NCBI GenBank assembly: GCA_963787615.1
Contig: CAWBDJ010000001.1
Location: forward strand, 543,517 to 607,516
Origin: an uncultured Acidobacteriaceae bacterium
Lineage (GTDB): Bacteria > Acidobacteriota > Terriglobia > Bryobacterales > Bryobacteraceae
Length of the DNA stretch: 64,000 nt
Reading direction: 5' to 3'
Shown: one piece after another, positions 59,918 to 64,000 of the stretch
Numbering within the stretch: position 1 is the stretch's first letter
How the letters are laid out: each line of letters opens with the position of its first letter
Notes under the pieces: model-generated
What the model was told of the DNA's origin: nothing
What the model saw: only the letters and a program-made list of their open reading frames with translations
The model's database searches: none
Position numbers and translations under genes: made by a program

Positions 59918-60317
59918 GTGTCTTCTCCCGATCCCCTCATCCAAGCCGCCCGCGCCGCACGCGAACGCGCGCATGCACCTTTCTCGCATTTCCAGGTGGG
60001 CGCCGCCATCGAAGACGAGAACGGTCGCATCTTCACCGGCTGCAATGTCGAGAACGCCACTTACGGACTCACCATCTGCGCCGAGCGCCTCGCCGTCTTC
60101 AAAGCGATCTCCGAAGGCGCCGCCAAACTGAAACGCATCGCCATTGTCGCCGATACCGGCGCACTCACGCCGCCCTGCGGTGCTTGCCGTCAGATCCTGT
60201 GGGAATTTTGCCCCGATGCGGAACTGATCCTCGCCAATCTCTCCGGCCAGCAGGAAACGCTCTCAGCTTCGGCAAATTTTCCCCCGCGCCTTCGACGCAT
60301 CCTTTCTGAAGCCCTGA
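59918..60317 (+). CDS. cdd: cytidine deaminase; frame broken near 60266-60272
   Basis: APFSHFQVGAAIEDENGRIFTGCNVENATYGLTICAERLAVF... PCGACRQ zinc motifs. The 240-aa ORF is about 100 aa too long. Dropping one T gives ...ETLSARQIFPRAFDASFLKP-stop at 60315..60317 (~133 aa, the normal size). Confidence 0.8.
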
Positions 60318-60425
60318 ACGCGTTCCTTTTTGGTCCGCCGCGTACGGGCATTTCTGACATAGATGCCCTTCCCGTCCGCCCCCACTCTCCTTCAGTAACC
60401 ACACTAATTCGTCGGAGGGGTTCTA

Positions 60426-61053
60426 TGTCTGTACAAACGAGTGCGTCTGCGCGCGGTCGCTGTCGGGCGCGGCATTGCTGTCTCGCCGCCGCTGCGCGCG
60501 CAGCCACCATCACTCACGGCAGTGCACAACTCTACCTGGCTGCCTGCATGGCAGAGTTCACTGTCTGGAAGTCCACTACCGATCTGCAACTTTCCACTCT
60601 GAGTTCCAGTTCCGACATCCGGTCACAAGCGTGCCATTAGGCGTTTTTACCTTTACTGGCACGGCCCTGCAAGAGGATGCACAACGAATTCTGTAGGGTC
60701 GTCGATCACCGCCACTGCACCACCGGGGGCGAAACCGCGTTCTACTTTTTCGACGTGACAGTCACTATCCGGCGCTGACGAGCGACATCATCTTCACGCT
60801 CACTGTTGTCAGATCAAGAGATCGTTTCAGCTGATTCCGCTGGGATGGTATGGTTCGCCTCAACCACTCCCATCACCTCACTGACAGTTCACCGGCACCT
60901 CCGGCATACGTTGGCCTCTGGCCGATCTCTGGTACGGACCCGCTCCCGCCGCCGACTCCCGCCCCCGAAGCCGCCACTTTCCTGCTCAGCGGCGGAGGCG
61001 CGCTCACTCTACTTGGGTGCGGGCGCAAACTGGCACGTAGACGCACGGCTTAG
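60426..61053 (+). pseudogene. PEP-CTERM sorting-signal protein gene, N-terminal part scattered over several frames
   Basis: The C-terminal frame ends ...PPPTPAPEAATFLLSGGGALTLLGCGRKLARRRTA (PEP-like motif, TM helix, Arg cluster). GGAGGGG lies before the ATG at 60426. Beta-rich fragments (TFTGTA, DVTVTI, IIFTLTVV, ITSLTV) appear in different frames between. Confidence 0.5.
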
Positions 61054-61090
61054 CGACGGCATATTCTTCCACTGCTCCGTTCGCACACAC

Positions 61091-61120
61091 ACGGGATCGT
61101 CTACGCGATCCCGTTTTTTT
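61091..61120 (+). terminator. intrinsic terminator
   Basis: ACGGGATCG-tctacg-CGATCCCGT, a perfect 9-bp stem followed by a T7 run, 38 nt after the PEP-CTERM stop. Confidence 0.75.
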
Positions 61121-61131
61121 CTTGCCGTAAT

Positions 61132-61440
61132 CTAATCGAGCGTTCCCTGTTCGATCACCACGTTTTCGCGAACGATCAGCCGGTGCGGCGCCAGATCACA
61201 CAGCTTAGGAAGCACCCGTGTCACATGCTCTTCGTAATCCACAAAGATGATGATCACCGGCAGATCGCCGCCCGCTTCCACCAGGCTCGACGTATGCACC
61301 CGGTTCCTGCCGTTGAATCCCGCCACAGCATGAAACGCACTGGCGCCCGCGACGTTCTCACGTCTCAGCACCTGAAGAATCTGTTTCCATTTGTCCGATT
61401 CATTCAGGTACATCGTCACCTGCACCGCAGTCATGCCCAA
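61132..61440 (-). CDS. DUF190 domain protein (PII-like, crcB-associated)
   Basis: 102 aa, ...MYLNESDKW...ENVAGASAFHAVAGFNGRNRVHTS...LPVIIIFVD.... Located immediately downstream of crcB, as usual for this family. Confidence 0.75.
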   Translation of the reverse strand: MGMTAVQVTMYLNESDKWKQILQVLRRENVAGASAFHAVAGFNGRNRVHTSSLVEAGGDLPVIIIFVDYEEHVTRVLPKLCDLAPHRLIVRENVVIEQGTLD

Positions 61441-61446
61441 ACCCTC

Positions 61447-61821
61447 CTAGATGCTGCGGGCCAGCACCGCGCCAAGTATCACCGCAATGAAGCAGACCAC
61501 ATTGGTTGCAAAAACATTCAACGCGGCGACTGACCACTGACCCTGTTCGAACAGTGCGAACGTTTCAAACGCATAGCTCGAATACGTCGAATAGCTTCCA
61601 CAGAATCCTACTGCGATAAGAAGCCGCCACCGCGGGTCCGCCAGGACGCGTTCGGTGGTCCAGATCAGGAAGAACCCCAGAATGAAACTGGCGGTGATGT
61701 TGATGATCAACGTGCCGAAAGGAAAGCTCGACGGGATGAGCTTGGAGACATATTGCGCTACGAAATAGCGCAGATTTGCGCCCGCTACTGCGCCCAAGGA
61801 AATCAGCAGAACTTTTTGCAA
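61447..61821 (-). CDS. crcB: fluoride ion channel CrcB/FluC
   Basis: 124 aa with 4 TM segments. GAVAGANLRY..., FPFGTLIINITASFILGF, GFCGSYSTYSSYAFE. TTG start with GGAG 8 nt upstream. Confidence 0.9.
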   Translation of the reverse strand: MQKVLLISLGAVAGANLRYFVAQYVSKLIPSSFPFGTLIINITASFILGFFLIWTTERVLADPRWRLLIAVGFCGSYSTYSSYAFETFALFEQGQWSVAALNVFATNVVCFIAVILGAVLARSI

Positions 61822-61840
61822 GGAAGACTCCAGCCGTTAA

Positions 61841-61894
61841 GGTGGTAGGAGTCATCAGCCTTTGCAGGCGGTTTTGGCGAACTCCATCGCCGTC
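61841..61894 (-). promoter_or_regulatory. fluoride riboswitch (crcB RNA motif)
   Basis: The minus strand reads GACGGCGAUGGAGUUCGCCAAAACCGCCUGCAAAGGCUGAUGACUCCUACCACC. Compare the Thermotoga petrophila aptamer GGGCGAUGAGGCCCGCCCAAACUGCCCUGAAAAGGGCUGAUGGCCUCUACUG. The conserved GGCGAUG, AAAC.GCC and GGCUGAUG..CCUAC blocks are present, with compensatory helices GGAGU/ACUCC and GCCU/AGGC. Confidence 0.85.
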
Positions 61895-61959
61895 TCTCTC
61901 CATGCTAACTCGTTTTAGGTCCGAATTCCGCCGCGTGTTACGTTAGTGGCTGAAATTTC

Positions 61960-62814
61960 ATGGCCTGGTTCACCCGCCAAAAGCCGTCGCTCGAGGGCGA
62001 GCCGCTCAAAGACGGCGAAAAAAACGTCCGCACCGAAGGATTGTGGCAAAAGTGCGAGGCCTGTGGCCAAATTATCTGGCGCAAGACGGTCGACGAAACC
62101 CTGCAGACGTGCCCCAAGTGCGGCCACCATTTCCGCATCGGTGCAGCCGAGCGGCTCCAGCAGCTTTTCGATGACGGCGCCTATGTCACGCACGATTCAG
62201 GCCTGCACTCTTCCGATCCACTGCACTTCGTCGATTCCAAACCTTACTCGCAGCGGCTGGAGGAGATGCGTAACGCTACACAATTACCCGATGCCGTTAT
62301 CTGCGCGAGCGGGTTATTGAACGGCCGCCCCGTACAAATTTCCGCGCTCGAGCTCAAGTTCATCGGCGGCAGTATGGGGGCCGTGGTGGGAGAAAAAATT
62401 ACGCGCTCGATCGAGCGGTCTCTCAACGAAAAGACTCCTCTCATCATTGTCTCGGCCTCCGGCGGAGCACGCATGCAGGAAGGCGCCATCAGCCTCATGC
62501 AGCTGGCCAAATTGTCCGCCGCCCTCATGCGCCTCGATGAAGCACGTTTGCCCTACATCAGCGTCCTCACCGACCCCACCACCGGAGGCGTCACCGCCAG
62601 CTTCGCCATGCTCGGCGATCTGAACATTGCCGAACCAGGTGCGCTGATCGGCTTCGCTGGTCCGCGCGTCATCGAACAGACCATCCGCCAGAAACTCCCC
62701 GAAGGATTCCAGCGCAGCGAATTCCTACTCGAGCACGGCTTCCTCGACGCTGTCGTCAAGCGCACCGACCTCAAGCCCTACATCGCCGGCGCACTTGAGT
62801 TTTTCCTCTCTTAG
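61960..62814 (+). CDS. accD: acetyl-CoA carboxylase carboxyltransferase subunit beta
   Basis: N-terminal zinc ribbon CEACGQII...CPKCGHHFRI, then FIGGSMGAVVGEKITR and SGGARMQEG. Confidence 0.9.
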   Translation: MAWFTRQKPSLEGEPLKDGEKNVRTEGLWQKCEACGQIIWRKTVDETLQTCPKCGHHFRIGAAERLQQLFDDGAYVTHDSGLHSSDPLHFVDSKPYSQRLEEMRNATQLPDAVICASGLLNGRPVQISALELKFIGGSMGAVVGEKITRSIERSLNEKTPLIIVSASGGARMQEGAISLMQLAKLSAALMRLDEARLPYISVLTDPTTGGVTASFAMLGDLNIAEPGALIGFAGPRVIEQTIRQKLPEGFQRSEFLLEHGFLDAVVKRTDLKPYIAGALEFFLS

Positions 62815-62829
62815 CGAAAATGGTTGTGA

Positions 62830-64000
62830 ATGCTGCAACTCACCGGAGCCGGTAAGCGCTTCGGACACAAACTCCTGTTCCAAGACCTCGACTGGCTCGT
62901 CACGCCGAAAGAGCGGGCTGGTCTTGTCGGCGCAAACGGGACTGGAAAATCCACTCTGCTGAAGATCCTCGCGGGTCTCGAGCCGCTGGACTACGGCTCG
63001 CTATCTTCCATGAAAGGGATTCGCGCCGGTTATTTGCCGCAAGACGGTCTTGAAGTGAGCGGCCGCACCGTCTTCGCCGAGTGCATGAGCGTTTTCGCCG
63101 GCGTGAAAGAGCTCGAGCAGGAACTCGAAGCTTTGACCGCCAGCATGAGCGAGCTGGATCCCGACAGCGCCGAATACCAGCAGGTCGCCAACCGCTTTGA
63201 ACGCGCCGACAGCGAGTTTCGCACTCGCGATGGCTACGCCATTGAAGCGCAAGTCGGCGCCGTGCTCGCCGGCCTTGGTTTCCGAAAAGAAGATTGGCTT
63301 CGCCAGACCGAAGAGTTCTCGGGCGGATGGCAAATGCGCATCGCGCTCTCAAAATTGCTCCTCGAAAAACCAAATCTTCTGCTGCTTGACGAGCCGACGA
63401 ATCACTTGGACCTCGAAGCGCGTAATTGGCTCGAGCAGTATCTCGCCAATTACGAATTTGCGTACGTCCTCATCTCGCACGACCGCTATTTCCTCGATGT
63501 CACGGTAAAGAAAATCGTCGAGATCTGGAACAAGAGGGTCTTTTTCTACACCGGCGGCTATGAAAAATACCGGCAGCAAAAGGCCGAGCGCCTTTCCCAG
63601 CTCGAAGCCGCCTACAAGAACCAGCAGGATCGAATTCAACAGCTCGAAGCTTTCATCAATCGATTTCGCTATCAAGCCACGAAGGCCAAACAGGTGCAAA
63701 GCCGCATCAAGGAACTCGACAAGATCGAGCGCATCGAGCTCCCTCCCGAAGAGAAAACTATTCACTTCTCTTTTCCGCAACCCAAGCCAAGTGGCCGCGT
63801 CGTCGTGCAATTCCAGAACGTCGCGAAAAGCTACGGCACGAAGCAGGTCTTCAGCGGCGTTGACTTCATCGTCGAGCGTGGTGACCGCATTGCGCTCGTC
63901 GGCGTCAACGGCGCCGGAAAATCCACCCTAATTAAATTGCTCGCAGGAATCGAGCCACTGAGCGCCGGTGAATACACGCTGGGACATAACGTCGAGCCCG
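62830..64000 (+). CDS. ABC-F family ATP-binding cassette protein (partial, runs off the window end)
   Basis: Open frame from ATG 62830 with no stop. First cassette: GANGTGKST, FSGGWQMRIALSKLL, LLLLDEPTNHLD. Linker: YEKYRQQKAERLSQLEAAYKNQQDRIQQLEAFINRFRYQATKAKQVQSR. The second Walker A, GVNGAGKST, begins before the end. Not in the ORF track because it is unterminated. Confidence 0.85.
   Translation, partial: MLQLTGAGKRFGHKLLFQDLDWLVTPKERAGLVGANGTGKSTLLKILAGLEPLDYGSLSSMKGIRAGYLPQDGLEVSGRTVFAECMSVFAGVKELEQELEALTASMSELDPDSAEYQQVANRFERADSEFRTRDGYAIEAQVGAVLAGLGFRKEDWLRQTEEFSGGWQMRIALSKLLLEKPNLLLLDEPTNHLDLEARNWLEQYLANYEFAYVLISHDRYFLDVTVKKIVEIWNKRVFFYTGGYEKYRQQKAERLSQLEAAYKNQQDRIQQLEAFINRFRYQATKAKQVQSRIKELDKIERIELPPEEKTIHFSFPQPKPSGRVVVQFQNVAKSYGTKQVFSGVDFIVERGDRIALVGVNGAGKSTLIKLLAGIEPLSAGEYTLGHNVEP

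Noticed and set aside
1-64000. CRISPR arrays, transposases, integrases, phage genes and recognisable defence systems.
   Set aside because: I saw no spaced direct repeats and no DDE/tyrosine-recombinase/phage-like translations in any frame. The only TA-related gene is a solo vapB.

Overview
GC-rich chromosomal segment that looks like Acidobacteriota. The evidence for that placement is an ADOP-type duplicated FtsX permease, a VWFA-related acidobacterial protein, CarboxypepD_reg/TonB-dependent receptors, a PEP-CTERM tail and many Tat- or Sec-exported hydrolases. All calls come from reading the ORF translations and the DNA by eye; no database search was possible. About 65 genes are packed on both strands. 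Housekeeping genes include acnA, argS, ahcY, accD, cdd, rimI, sixA and the moeA-moaC-mog molybdenum cofactor operon. Envelope and transport genes include two TonB-dependent receptors, an OprB-type porin, an MFS transporter, ABC systems, two DedA proteins and YihY. There is one tRNA-Leu(CAA) and a textbook fluoride riboswitch in front of crcB-DUF190. I found no CRISPR array, transposase, integrase or recognisable defence system. The most interesting signal is a DedA-rhodanese fusion gene. Its only stop is a TGA sitting exactly on the rhodanese catalytic-cysteine codon. A GC-rich hairpin follows at SECIS distance, and 45 more in-frame codons complete the rhodanese fold, so this is a candidate selenoprotein. 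The second notable property is at least 14 single-base reading-frame breaks in conserved genes, including acnA and argS; nearly all behave as +1 insertions. This points to uncorrected sequencing indels rather than decay and affects how every truncated ORF here should be read. Smaller observations are a solo VapB antitoxin, a fragmented PEP-CTERM gene, a 47-codon secreted His/Lys-rich small ORF, a GH18-like gene fragment beside the tRNA, and a radical-SAM/aldolase neighbourhood of unknown function.
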